From a virus (lineage: Duplodnaviria; Caudoviricetes), in IMG/VR virus record IMGVR_UViG_2721755587_000002: a stretch of DNA of 64,000 bases; one strand, 5' to 3'. Positions 1-9,408 of this stretch are shown here, one piece after another. A program made the position numbers and the translations under genes. Each line of letters opens with the position of its first letter. Within the stretch, counting starts at the first letter, position 1. The notes below the pieces were generated by a model. It saw only the letters and a list, made by a program, of their open reading frames with translations, did no database searches and had not been told where the DNA came from.

Positions 1-32
1 CGTTCCAGCTCGGCCAATACAACAATACCGGC

Positions 33-1742
33 GTGCGCGTCAGCGACGGCACCGATACCGCAGCGTCGGGCCAGCTCAAGGACGGCGCGAGCGTCGTGGG
101 CGCCACGCTGACGGGTTTCTATACCGGCTCACTGGGCAACAGCCTGGTGGCCACGCCCGCGGCTGGCACCAAGCCGAACAGCTACAAGGTGACGCTGGCG
201 CTGCCGGGATTCTCGCCGGAGGTCTTCGATAACGTCACCCAGGGCATCAGCGGCGCCACCGTCACTGCCGGCACCGGCTACACCTCGGTCCCCGCGGCTA
301 CCGTCTCCGCGCCGCAGTTGGCCGGCGGCGTGCAGGCGGTGGTGGCGCCTACCTTGGCCGTGGTCTCGGCGAACGTCACCGGCGGGGGTGCCAGCGGCGG
401 CACCGGCTATGTCACGAACGACACCATCACGATGCCCAATGGCGTGGTGCTGAGGGTCACGGCGTCGAGCGGCATCATCTCCACCCTGACGGTCGTCAAC
501 GGCGGCTCGCTCTCGGGCGGCTCGGTGCCGACCAACCCGGCGGCCCCAACCTCGACTTCTAGCGCCGGCACCGGCGCGCTGGTGAATCTCGTCTGGGGGC
601 TGGGGCAGCCCCAGATCGTGAACCCGGGCAGCGGCTACACCAGCGCCACGCTGACGCTGAATGGCGGCGGTGGTGGCACCGGCGGCTCGATCACGCTGGC
701 CGCGAGCGTCTGGCTGAACCTGGTCAATGCCATCAACAACGGCCAGTCCGGCGTGCGCGGGCCTTCGCAGTTGTGCGTGGCCACCGTCGGCACGTCTGCC
801 GCCGTGCCCGCGTTGACGGCCGTCACCCTGGCCGGCGGCACGGACGGCGCGTCTGGCGTCACCGACGCACTGCAGATCGGTTCGAACAGCATGCCGGCCA
901 CCGGCATGTACGCGCTGCAGAGCACCGGGGTGCAGACCGTCAACCTGGTGGATCACCAGACGCAGAGCCAATGGAGCACCCTGGGGCTGTTCTGCCAGCA
1001 GTACGGGATGTTCGGTGCGGCGCAGGGGCAGCCCGGACAGTCCATCGCGACCGTCGCCACGGCGCTGGCAACTGCCGGCGCCGACACCTACGGCCTAAAG
1101 TGCTTGGTTGGCGACTGGGTGTACTGGAACGATACGGTCAACGGCCAGCAGCGCTTGCTGGGGCCGGCCACCTTCTGGGGCCCGATGCGCGCCAACTTGG
1201 CGCCGAACCAGTCGACGCTGAACAAGCCGGTGATGGGGATCATCGGCACCCAGCGCTCGGTGCAGAACTCGCCGTACGCTGGGCCGGAAACGCTCGCCGC
1301 GGTGCAGGGGCGCCTGGACTTCCTGGCCAACCCGTCGCCGGGCGGCAACTACTTCGCGTTCCAGACCGACCGCAACACGTCCAGCTATGCCGCCACCAAC
1401 AGCGAGGCGTACACGACCATGACGAACTTCCTCGCGTTGACGCTGGCGGCGAACTTCGGCTACGTGGTGGGTAACCCGCAGACGGTGGACCTGCGCCAGG
1501 GCGTCAATGACGCCATTACGGCATGGCTGAACCGGCTGTGGCTGGTCGACAAGTACATCGGCGATGTGAACAACCCCACCAAGGTGCCGTTCAAGGTCAC
1601 ACTGAATGGGTCCAACAACCCGGATGCGGCTGTGTCGACGGGTCTGATGCAGTGCCTGGCGCAGGTCAAGTTCCTGTCCATCGTGCGCGAATTCCTGATC
1701 TCGCTGCAGGGTGGCTCGACCGTCAACGTCAGCGTGAACTGA
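33..1742 (+). CDS. Tail sheath protein (5' end lies before the window)
   Basis: LAGGTDG motif, sheath-like C-terminus, directly upstream of the tube gene. Confidence 0.85.
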   Translation: MRVSDGTDTAASGQLKDGASVVGATLTGFYTGSLGNSLVATPAAGTKPNSYKVTLALPGFSPEVFDNVTQGISGATVTAGTGYTSVPAATVSAPQLAGGVQAVVAPTLAVVSANVTGGGASGGTGYVTNDTITMPNGVVLRVTASSGIISTLTVVNGGSLSGGSVPTNPAAPTSTSSAGTGALVNLVWGLGQPQIVNPGSGYTSATLTLNGGGGGTGGSITLAASVWLNLVNAINNGQSGVRGPSQLCVATVGTSAAVPALTAVTLAGGTDGASGVTDALQIGSNSMPATGMYALQSTGVQTVNLVDHQTQSQWSTLGLFCQQYGMFGAAQGQPGQSIATVATALATAGADTYGLKCLVGDWVYWNDTVNGQQRLLGPATFWGPMRANLAPNQSTLNKPVMGIIGTQRSVQNSPYAGPETLAAVQGRLDFLANPSPGGNYFAFQTDRNTSSYAATNSEAYTTMTNFLALTLAANFGYVVGNPQTVDLRQGVNDAITAWLNRLWLVDKYIGDVNNPTKVPFKVTLNGSNNPDAAVSTGLMQCLAQVKFLSIVREFLISLQGGSTVNVSVN

Positions 1743-1762
1743 TCGACCAACAACGCTTCACG

Positions 1763-1791
1763 AGCCCGCCGCGCGCGGGCTTCTTGTTTTC
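1763..1791 (+). terminator. Hairpin + U-tract after sheath gene
   Basis: AGCCCGC-cgcgc-GCGGGCT then TCTTGTTTT. Confidence 0.5.
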
Positions 1792-1804
1792 ATAGGAGCC
1801 GCAT

Positions 1805-2245
1805 ATGGCGGGCAACAATACCTTTAACGTCGGGCGAGATGGATACCAGATCACGATCATCGACTCGAATGCCGGACCCGTGAGTTTTAGTGGGATCACC
1901 AGCTTCGAGGCGAAGCCGGCGTTCGTGAAGCTCAAGAGCGTCAACGTGAACGGACGCATCATCCATCGCAACGTGCCGGATGGCCACTCTGGCACCCTCG
2001 AACTGGACCGTCAGGACTCGTCGTTCGACGACTACTTCGCGAATGTCGAAGCGAACTACTTCGCAGGGCTGCCGCCCGGCGCGGTGTTCATCACTCATAC
2101 CATCAACGAACTGGATGGCAGCGTCAGCCAGTGGCAGTACTCGGACGTCGCGCTTGCGCCGGAAGACGCGGGCACGTGGAAGGGTCAAGACAAGGTCACC
2201 GAACGCATGACGTTCGACGCTGGCCGCAAAATCAGGATCGCATAA
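1805..2245 (+). CDS. Tail tube protein
   Basis: 146 aa, AGGAG RBS, follows sheath. Confidence 0.75.
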   Translation: MAGNNTFNVGRDGYQITIIDSNAGPVSFSGITSFEAKPAFVKLKSVNVNGRIIHRNVPDGHSGTLELDRQDSSFDDYFANVEANYFAGLPPGAVFITHTINELDGSVSQWQYSDVALAPEDAGTWKGQDKVTERMTFDAGRKIRIA

Positions 2246-2625
2246 TGCACGCCAAAGTCACCGTCAACCCCACCCCCCAAACGCCGTCTGAACAGGTCGT
2301 GCGGCCCGCGACGGACGTCAGCACGGAAGACGCGCGCGGACGCGTCATCGTGCTGCGCAAGCCGAATCCCATTACCAAGCTGCGTTTCATCGAGGCCATG
2401 GGGCCGTCGTCGAACAACCCGCTCTGGGCTAGCACCGTCTGGCCGCTGATGTTCGTGGCTTCGATCGACGGGCAGCCCGTCCCGACGCCGGCCAACAAGG
2501 CCCAGATCGAGGCCCTGTACCTACGGCTAGACGAGGACGGTCACGACGCGGTCGTGAAGGCCCACGCCGAGCATTTCAATGCCGGTGACGCGGACGTCGA
2601 CGAGGACCTCGTAAAAAAATCGTAG
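2245..2625 (+). CDS. Tail assembly chaperone (G-like); -1 frameshift extension to 2807
   Basis: TAATG coupling with tube; GTA AAA AAA TCG TAG slippery end; -1 frame open to TGA 2805-2807. Confidence 0.75.
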   Translation: MHAKVTVNPTPQTPSEQVVRPATDVSTEDARGRVIVLRKPNPITKLRFIEAMGPSSNNPLWASTVWPLMFVASIDGQPVPTPANKAQIEALYLRLDEDGHDAVVKAHAEHFNAGDADVDEDLVKKS

Positions 2626-2803
2626 GCGACCCCGGGACGCGCCAGTCGCTATGGCTGGCGCGCCACGGCGTGCCGTTTGATGTGGCTTTCAGCATCGACG
2701 ACACGACGCGCACAGCGTGGTCGATCATCTGTTCCGAGCATAGCAACAATACGCGCTTCAACTTCTCAACCCGCAAGTACGAGAAGCTCGCCCAGGACAG
2801 CAC

Positions 2804-3283
2804 GTGAAAGAGTTCAAGAGCTTCGGCGCCTTCGCGACGCACCTCGCGCGCCTGGCGGCAACCTCTGAGGTGGTCACGCACCACATCGTCGACAAGGCGG
2901 CCGAGGAGATTCAGAAGACCGCGCAGGGGATCATCGGGGACTATCAGGATGCCGTCGGGCCTTATCCGGCATGGGAAGAACTGGCCGAGTCGACGCAGGC
3001 CGAGCGGTCGCGCCTGGGCTATTCCGAAAACGATCCCGGCTACCGCGACGGCAAGATGCAGCGCTCGATCGAGCGCACCGTCGAGGGCAATGAAGCTGTC
3101 GTGGGTTCGAATGACCCGCACCTGGTGTGGTTCGACCAGGGCACTCCCCACCAGCCGCCGCGGCCGGTCATGGGGCCTGCCGCACTGCACAGCGAGGGGA
3201 GGGTGAAGGCCATCATCGGCGCCACCGCGTTCGCATGGCTGGCCGGTCGCGGCTGGATGCGGCCCCGGATCAAGTCCTCTTGA
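2804..3283 (+). CDS. Phage morphogenesis protein, HK97 gp10-like
   Basis: G..GT...PPRP.MGPA C-terminal motif; GTGA overlap with the frameshift product. Confidence 0.6.
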   Translation: MKEFKSFGAFATHLARLAATSEVVTHHIVDKAAEEIQKTAQGIIGDYQDAVGPYPAWEELAESTQAERSRLGYSENDPGYRDGKMQRSIERTVEGNEAVVGSNDPHLVWFDQGTPHQPPRPVMGPAALHSEGRVKAIIGATAFAWLAGRGWMRPRIKSS

Positions 3284-3527
3284 AGTAGATGAAGAGGAAG
3301 ACCAGGTAGGCGATCGACAGGTACACGCCGATGACCGGGATAAACAGCATCAGGGGCGGCGGAATCATGGCGACGGCGATCGGCATGCGCGGTCGCTCAA
3401 TCCACAAGCGGCGCAGGCCAGTCGGGCGGTTGTCCAGCGGGAATGCGCGCGGCGACGGGTATTGGATGAATGAAAAGTGCTCTGCGAGACACTCATGAAT
3501 CCGGTAGCGGGTTTTGGAATCCAGCAT
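3270..3527 (-). CDS. Small membrane protein, antisense moron in tail operon
   Basis: 85 aa MLDSKTRYR..., hydrophobic C-terminus; fills the gap before the TMP gene. Confidence 0.5.
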   Translation of the reverse strand: MLDSKTRYRIHECLAEHFSFIQYPSPRAFPLDNRPTGLRRLWIERPRMPIAVAMIPPPLMLFIPVIGVYLSIAYLVFLFIYFKRT

Positions 3528-3575
3528 GATGCTGTGCGCCGAGAGCCATAAAACAACCAGTATAGGCGGCACAAA

Positions 3576-5513
3576 ATGATTGATGCATACGCAATCGGCA
3601 CAACGCTGAAGTTGCACGACCACATTACGCCGCAACTGCTCAAGCTCTCGCAGGAATTCGCCAAGGTCGACAAGCTGGCGCTGCAGGTCAACAAGCGCCT
3701 GAAGACGATGGGCGCCGAGGTGGTTGGCGTGCGCAATCTCGCCGCCGCGGCGCGCCAACTAAACACGGGGCTGCGCGGCATCGCCGACCAGGCGCTGCGG
3801 GCCGAGCGCAACCTATACAGCATTCGCGGCGCCATCCCAAGCGGCGGCATTGGACTGGAAGCCGAGCTGGTGCGTGCGAACGCGCAGGCCGCTACGCTGC
3901 GAGCTCAGATCGCGGGCATGCGCGGCGCCGGCCGGGTGCCGGGCGGTGGCACCCCGATTCTGCCGGGCGCTGGCGGTGGTGGTGGTGGTGGTGGTGGTCG
4001 CCGCCCAGGCCACATCCACGGCGGCAACATGCACGTCGGCCCGAATGGCTTCGGCATTGGCGGCGTGGGCATGGGCATGGCCACCAACATGCTGGTGCCG
4101 CTGGCCGCCACCGGCGCGACGATCTATGTCGGTCACAAGTTCTACGAGGCCGCCAAAGACTACGAAATGGCCTTCGCCCGGTTCCGCACACTGAACCTGG
4201 GCGAGAAGGTCAACAAGGATGCCGACGCGTTCGCGACAGGCACCAAGCAGTTCGGCGTCTCGATGACCGAGCGCATGACCATCCTGCGTGACATGCACGA
4301 GGTCATGGGCAGCTATGAGGAGGCGAAGGCGGTCACGCCGCTGTTCTCGCGCATGCTGGCGGCCAACAAGGGGATCTTCGGCGAGGCTGGTAACAAGTTC
4401 GACACGAAGACCTTCCAGGCGCTGGGCAAGGTCATCGAGATGCGCGGTGGCACGTCCTCCGAAGCCGAGATGTTCCGGCAGGCGGACTTCGCACAGAAGA
4501 CGCTCACCGGTTCCGCTGGCCTGGTCACCCCGTCCGATCTGCTGGCCTTCATGAAAACCGGCGGCGTGGCGACGCGCCTGCTGTCGAACAAGGCTTTCTA
4601 CGAGGAATCGGCGCCGCTGATCCAGGAGATGGGCGGCTCGCGGTTCGGCACGGCGCTGATGAGCGCCCACCAGAACTTGGCCATGGGCCGCGGCTCGCTG
4701 AAGTCGATGAACGAGGCCGCACGCTTGGGGATCATCGACCCCCGCATGATCGAGTACACCAAGATCGGCACGATCAAGCAGGTGCTGCCGGGTGCGCTGA
4801 CCAACGACGACCTATACAACAAGTCGAAATTCGAGTGGCTCAAGCAGGTCCTGATTCCGGCCATTCGCGCCAAGGGCGTGCGCGGCAAGGATGGGCTCAT
4901 CACTGGCGACGCCATCACCGATGACCAGATCGTGAACGAGCTGAACACCCTGTTCAGCCAGCGCACGGCTAGCAATGCGTTTGCGCAGATGTTCCTGCAG
5001 CAGCACAAGATCGAGAAGAACATCGCGGTCACCGAGGGCGCGATGGGGATCAAGGAACTGGAAGATCAGTACAAGAAGTCTCCCGCCGGCGCCGAGGCGG
5101 AATTCAATGCGGCATGGACCGACTTCAAGACGGAGTTCGGCAAGAACATGCTGCCGGCTATCAGTGGAATGTTGACAACTGGCGCGAGCATCTTGCGGAA
5201 GATCGCCGACATCGGAAAGCCGAACCAGGCCGACGTCGAGCTATATCGCGGCGCGCGATTGACTCCGTCCGCGCAGGCGCGCTTAGGGGAGGTGAGTGGC
5301 GATCAGAACGATCGTCGCGCCGCCTCTCTTGCCGATCAATCGGTATCGGCGCGCGGTGCCAGCAGCGATAAGGACATCCACTGGACCGTCAATCTGGATG
5401 GCCGCAAGGTCGCGCAGGGCGTGACGCCCTACATCGCGGCGCAACTGGGCCTGTCGACCAACACCGGCGGCATTGACAGCCACCTGAGCCTGCCGATGCC
5501 CGGCTTGAGGTAA
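3576..5513 (+). CDS. Tail tape measure protein
   Basis: 645 aa, Ala/Gly-rich helical, VNLDGRKVA C-terminal motif, position. Confidence 0.8.
   Translation: MIDAYAIGTTLKLHDHITPQLLKLSQEFAKVDKLALQVNKRLKTMGAEVVGVRNLAAAARQLNTGLRGIADQALRAERNLYSIRGAIPSGGIGLEAELVRANAQAATLRAQIAGMRGAGRVPGGGTPILPGAGGGGGGGGGRRPGHIHGGNMHVGPNGFGIGGVGMGMATNMLVPLAATGATIYVGHKFYEAAKDYEMAFARFRTLNLGEKVNKDADAFATGTKQFGVSMTERMTILRDMHEVMGSYEEAKAVTPLFSRMLAANKGIFGEAGNKFDTKTFQALGKVIEMRGGTSSEAEMFRQADFAQKTLTGSAGLVTPSDLLAFMKTGGVATRLLSNKAFYEESAPLIQEMGGSRFGTALMSAHQNLAMGRGSLKSMNEAARLGIIDPRMIEYTKIGTIKQVLPGALTNDDLYNKSKFEWLKQVLIPAIRAKGVRGKDGLITGDAITDDQIVNELNTLFSQRTASNAFAQMFLQQHKIEKNIAVTEGAMGIKELEDQYKKSPAGAEAEFNAAWTDFKTEFGKNMLPAISGMLTTGASILRKIADIGKPNQADVELYRGARLTPSAQARLGEVSGDQNDRRAASLADQSVSARGASSDKDIHWTVNLDGRKVAQGVTPYIAAQLGLSTNTGGIDSHLSLPMPGLR
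3975..3998 (+). repeat. (GGT)8 microsatellite encoding a poly-Gly linker
   Basis: Seen directly; in frame within the TMP gene. Confidence 0.9.
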
Positions 5514-5517
5514 CGCT

Positions 5518-6480
5518 ATGACTACCCTAATCCTTGGTGATTTTGTCTTCCAGGACTTCGAGGTGCCCGAGGAGATTTCCTTCGGCGGTTCGCAGCGCCT
5601 AGCAATCAAGAAGATGGTTGGCGGCGTGCGGGACATCCAAGCCCTAGGCGCGGACCCGAAGCCGATTGCCTGGTCTGGCATCTTCATGCCGACGGAGGAC
5701 GGCCAGTCGGCGCTCGATCGCGCGCGTCTGCTTGAGGCCATGCGCGACGCCGGGCTGCCTGTCGCGCTGGAACTGGACGAGATCTACAAGCTGGTCTACA
5801 TCCGGGACTTCGACCCGGATTTGCGGTTCGGCAGGATTCCGTACCGGATTGCCCTTGAGGTGCTGAAGGACCTGGCCGCGCCGGTCAGCGACGACACCGC
5901 GCCGGATGCAGATGACCTGATCAACGGCGACCTGGATGCCGCCAACGGGCTGGCCGACAGTATCGGCGACAGCGGGCTTTCTGGCCTAATGGCGAACGTC
6001 ACCAGCGCGGTCGGTCAGGTTAGAAGCTTCGTGGGCGCATCGCTGAGCACCATCGCATCGGTACTGCAGCCTATCAACGCCGCTGTGCGCAGCGTGAGCT
6101 CGCTGATCGCCACGACCGATTCGGTGCTGGCCAGCGTGGGCGTGCCGGCGGGCGTGCTGCCCTCCGTGCCGCTGGCCGGGAACATCGCGCGCTTCACGGC
6201 GCAACTGAACGCGACGGCCATGCAGCTTCCGCTGGTGCAGCTGCAGGGTGTGTTGGGCCGCATGTCCACCAACCTCGCGCAGATCAATTCCAGTGGGCGC
6301 TCGATCACGGTTGGCGGTGGCAACCTGTTCGATATCGCTTCGAAGGAATACGGTGACGCCACGGGCTGGACGCAGATCGCCCAGGCCAACAACATCACCG
6401 ACCCGGAACTGCCAGGCATCACGACTCTGATCATCCCTCCGTACAGCAGCGGCGCGGGTGGCGGCGTACTCAGTGCATAG
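5518..6480 (+). CDS. Tail tube initiator / baseplate protein with C-terminal LysM-like domain
   Basis: NLFDIASKEYGDATGWTQIAQANNI LysM-like motif; follows TMP. Confidence 0.7.
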   Translation: MTTLILGDFVFQDFEVPEEISFGGSQRLAIKKMVGGVRDIQALGADPKPIAWSGIFMPTEDGQSALDRARLLEAMRDAGLPVALELDEIYKLVYIRDFDPDLRFGRIPYRIALEVLKDLAAPVSDDTAPDADDLINGDLDAANGLADSIGDSGLSGLMANVTSAVGQVRSFVGASLSTIASVLQPINAAVRSVSSLIATTDSVLASVGVPAGVLPSVPLAGNIARFTAQLNATAMQLPLVQLQGVLGRMSTNLAQINSSGRSITVGGGNLFDIASKEYGDATGWTQIAQANNITDPELPGITTLIIPPYSSGAGGGVLSA

Positions 6481-6486
6481 CGACCC

Positions 6487-7611
6487 ATGACCTCATTCAC
6501 GGAACCAACCGGGCGCCAGCCGCGCGGGGCGGTGAAGGTCAATGGCGTCCTCATCAATGGCTGGGTTGAGTTTGAGCTCGAAAACAATGCGTTCTATTCA
6601 GCCGACACGTTCCGCTGCACGTTCGCGGGCGCGTTGCTACCGCCAGACCGGGATGCCGCGTGGTTTTCCGAGCAACAGGACATGTTCGTCGAGCTCTTCA
6701 TCGGCTTCCCTAGCGACCCGGTGAACTACGGGCCGTCCGACCTGAAGAGTTGGATCTACGGGCAGGCGGACGATGTCGTGATCGACCCGGTGACTAACAC
6801 CGTCACGGTGCCCGGGCGTGACCTGACGCGCGTCTTCATCGACACCAAGACCACGCAGAAATGGCCCAACCAAACAGCGTCCCAGATTGCCACGGCGCTG
6901 GCGCAAAAGCACGGGTTGACGCCGATGGTGGAAACCACCACCACGCGGGTTGGGAAGTACTACGAAATCGACCACGTCAACCTTACCGACGAGCGGTCTG
7001 AGTGGGACATCCTGAACTACCTGGCGGACATCGAGGGGTTCCGCGTCTGGGTGCGCGGGCAGTCGCTGTATTTCCAGCCGCCCCCGGACCCGAAGACCAC
7101 CGCACCGTACCGGATCGTCTACGAGGTCGCGACCGGCGCCGACGGCGTCCCGAAGGCCAACTTCGAGGCGCTCAAGATGCGGCGGGCCCTGACGGTCTCG
7201 CGCGGCATCCAGGTCAAGATCCGGTCCTGGAACAAGAAGTACGCCAAGGGCTTTGCGGTGTCCTACCCGTCGAACGTGAAGACCATCCGGGTCGGCTCGT
7301 CGGCGCTGGGCTCCGGTGCGCAGATCTACTCGCGCACGATCCCGAACCTCACGCAGGAACAGGCGCTGCAGCGCGCCCAGAGCTGGTACCAGCAGATCGT
7401 CGCGCACGAGATGCGGCTGGAAGGGTTGGCAATGCCGGGCGACAACGACCTGGACACCACCTCGATTCTCGATTTCAGCGGGACTGGCACTGCATTCGAC
7501 CAGCAGTACTTCCCCGACACCATCCACCGCTCGATGAACTTCGACGGCGGCTACGACATGACCATCACGGCGAAGAATCACTCGCCGGAATCGACGATTG
7601 CGACCATATGA
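6487..7611 (+). CDS. Baseplate hub (late control D-like)
   Basis: ADTF motif, SEWDILNYLA segment, size and position. Confidence 0.75.
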   Translation: MTSFTEPTGRQPRGAVKVNGVLINGWVEFELENNAFYSADTFRCTFAGALLPPDRDAAWFSEQQDMFVELFIGFPSDPVNYGPSDLKSWIYGQADDVVIDPVTNTVTVPGRDLTRVFIDTKTTQKWPNQTASQIATALAQKHGLTPMVETTTTRVGKYYEIDHVNLTDERSEWDILNYLADIEGFRVWVRGQSLYFQPPPDPKTTAPYRIVYEVATGADGVPKANFEALKMRRALTVSRGIQVKIRSWNKKYAKGFAVSYPSNVKTIRVGSSALGSGAQIYSRTIPNLTQEQALQRAQSWYQQIVAHEMRLEGLAMPGDNDLDTTSILDFSGTGTAFDQQYFPDTIHRSMNFDGGYDMTITAKNHSPESTIATI

Positions 7612-8120
7612 GCCGAGGAGACCACGCGCTGGCGAACGCCATCCGCCAGCAGGCCCGTATGGCGACCAACGACGTGTCGCAGCCGCGGCTGGCGACGATC
7701 AGCAGCTACGACGCGTCCAGTCACGCGGTCAAGGTGACGCTGGAACCACGCGACCCGGGCGTGCCGCCCACCGAGTCCAACTGGATGCCGCTGGGCGCCA
7801 TCGGGATCGGCAACGGCTGGGGGGTGGCTGTCGGCCCGCAGATCGGCGACCAGGTGCTGGTGGTGTTCGAGTATGGGGATTTCAGTTCGGGCACGATCGT
7901 GTCTCGGATCTTCTCGGTCGCCCAACAGGCGATTGCGGTCCCGTCCGGGGAAATCTGGGCGGTACACGAGACAGGGAGCTTCGTGAAGCTGGTCACCAAC
8001 GGCGACGTGGACATCAATGCTGCAGGGAAGATCACGGTAACCGCGGTGCAGGAGATTTCACTTACCAGCGAGACGAAGGTATCGGTCCATGCGCCGCTGA
8101 TCAGCATGAACGGGGCCTGA
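7608..8120 (+). CDS. Baseplate spike (gpV-like)
   Basis: ATGA overlap; ESNWMP...GPQIGDQVLVVFEYGD OB-fold motif. Confidence 0.8.
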   Translation: MSRGDHALANAIRQQARMATNDVSQPRLATISSYDASSHAVKVTLEPRDPGVPPTESNWMPLGAIGIGNGWGVAVGPQIGDQVLVVFEYGDFSSGTIVSRIFSVAQQAIAVPSGEIWAVHETGSFVKLVTNGDVDINAAGKITVTAVQEISLTSETKVSVHAPLISMNGA

Positions 8121-8123
8121 TCC

Positions 8124-8993
8124 ATGCATTTATGCGCGAGCACGCCAATCCCCGATTTCAACAGCCTCTACAACGGCGCGTTATCGGCGATGACCTTCCC
8201 GCCCGGCTCGATCTCGATCCCCGCGCTGCCGACTCTACCGAATCCAATCTACCCAGACATCTCGAACATCAATGGCGAGATCGTGCAGCTCGTGCAGGAA
8301 CTGCAGTCCTACCAGATGCTGACAACTTTCACCGCGTTCCTGACGCCGCTGACCTCGTTCCTTGGGCTCTCGCTGTCCTCGATTCTTCCGCCGATCCCCG
8401 GCACCGCATTGACGCTGATCGACTTGCTGGCAATGAACCCCGCACCGATCTATTCGGGAATTTCTGCGGCGCTGGCGGCGCACGGGCCCAGCATTTTCCC
8501 GTACCTCAAGACGCCCATCTTCGGAAGCCTGTCGGTCCCCTCTATCGAGCTGGTGACGACGGTGAAGATGGTCGTGAAGGGCTACATGAACAACCTGCTC
8601 GACACCGTTTTCGGGCTGATTAACCAGGTTACTGGCAATTTGCATTTGCCGGCCATGCCAGCACTGCCGACGTTGCCGACGCTGGCCCGCATCGAGGCGA
8701 TGGTCATTGCCGCGTTTCCCGGCTTCGGAAGCCTCACGGCGCTGATCAACTCGGGGAACGCGTCACTGAACGCACTGCTGGGCGCCGTGGTGGTGCCCGG
8801 CTTCCCTGCATTGCCCGCGCTGCCGGTGCCGCTGATCCCGAACTACAGCAGCTACGAGCACGAGTTCAACGAGGGACTGAACGTGCTCTATTCATCGCTG
8901 GTGGCGTATCCCATGACGCTGATCATGAGCTTCGTCACCGGAACGCTTTCGATGCTGGGCTTTAGCTTCCCGACGGTCTGCATCACCTTCTGA
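8124..8993 (+). CDS. Pro/Leu-rich hypothetical protein in baseplate cluster
   Basis: 289-aa ORF tightly packed between spike and wedge genes. Confidence 0.6.
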   Translation: MHLCASTPIPDFNSLYNGALSAMTFPPGSISIPALPTLPNPIYPDISNINGEIVQLVQELQSYQMLTTFTAFLTPLTSFLGLSLSSILPPIPGTALTLIDLLAMNPAPIYSGISAALAAHGPSIFPYLKTPIFGSLSVPSIELVTTVKMVVKGYMNNLLDTVFGLINQVTGNLHLPAMPALPTLPTLARIEAMVIAAFPGFGSLTALINSGNASLNALLGAVVVPGFPALPALPVPLIPNYSSYEHEFNEGLNVLYSSLVAYPMTLIMSFVTGTLSMLGFSFPTVCITF

Positions 8994-9003
8994 GCCTCGC
9001 CAC

Positions 9004-9405
9004 ATGATCGATGTCTACCACTACTACGGTAGCGACCTTTCCGCGTCGCCGTCCGGGGACTTGATGCTGGCCGACCGGCCGACCACCGGCACGCAGCGCG
9101 TCTACCGGCGCCTGCTGACCAACCCGCAGCTCAGCAACGCGGCAGGGCAGCCCATTGCGTCAGCCGACTACACATGGCACCCAACTTACGGCGCCGGCCT
9201 GCCGCGCAAGGTGGGGTTGCCGGGCGACCTGGGCGCTACGAAGGCGCTGATCCGGGGGCAGATGCTACTGGAATCGGCGGTGGCACGGCAGCCGCGCCCG
9301 AACGTGAACCTGACGGACTTCGGTGACGGCATCAGTGCAGCCATCAAGTACACCGACACGAACACCGCGGCGGTGCAGTCGGTGACGTTTGATATCAACA
9401 AGTGA
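9004..9405 (+). CDS. Baseplate wedge/sheath initiator (gp25/W-like)
   Basis: RRLLTNP...WHPTYGAGL motif. Confidence 0.7.
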   Translation: MIDVYHYYGSDLSASPSGDLMLADRPTTGTQRVYRRLLTNPQLSNAAGQPIASADYTWHPTYGAGLPRKVGLPGDLGATKALIRGQMLLESAVARQPRPNVNLTDFGDGISAAIKYTDTNTAAVQSVTFDINK

Positions 9406-9408
9406 GCC

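Noticed and set aside
3975-3998. Phase variation via (GGT)8
   Set aside because: Triplet unit changes linker length only and cannot shift the frame
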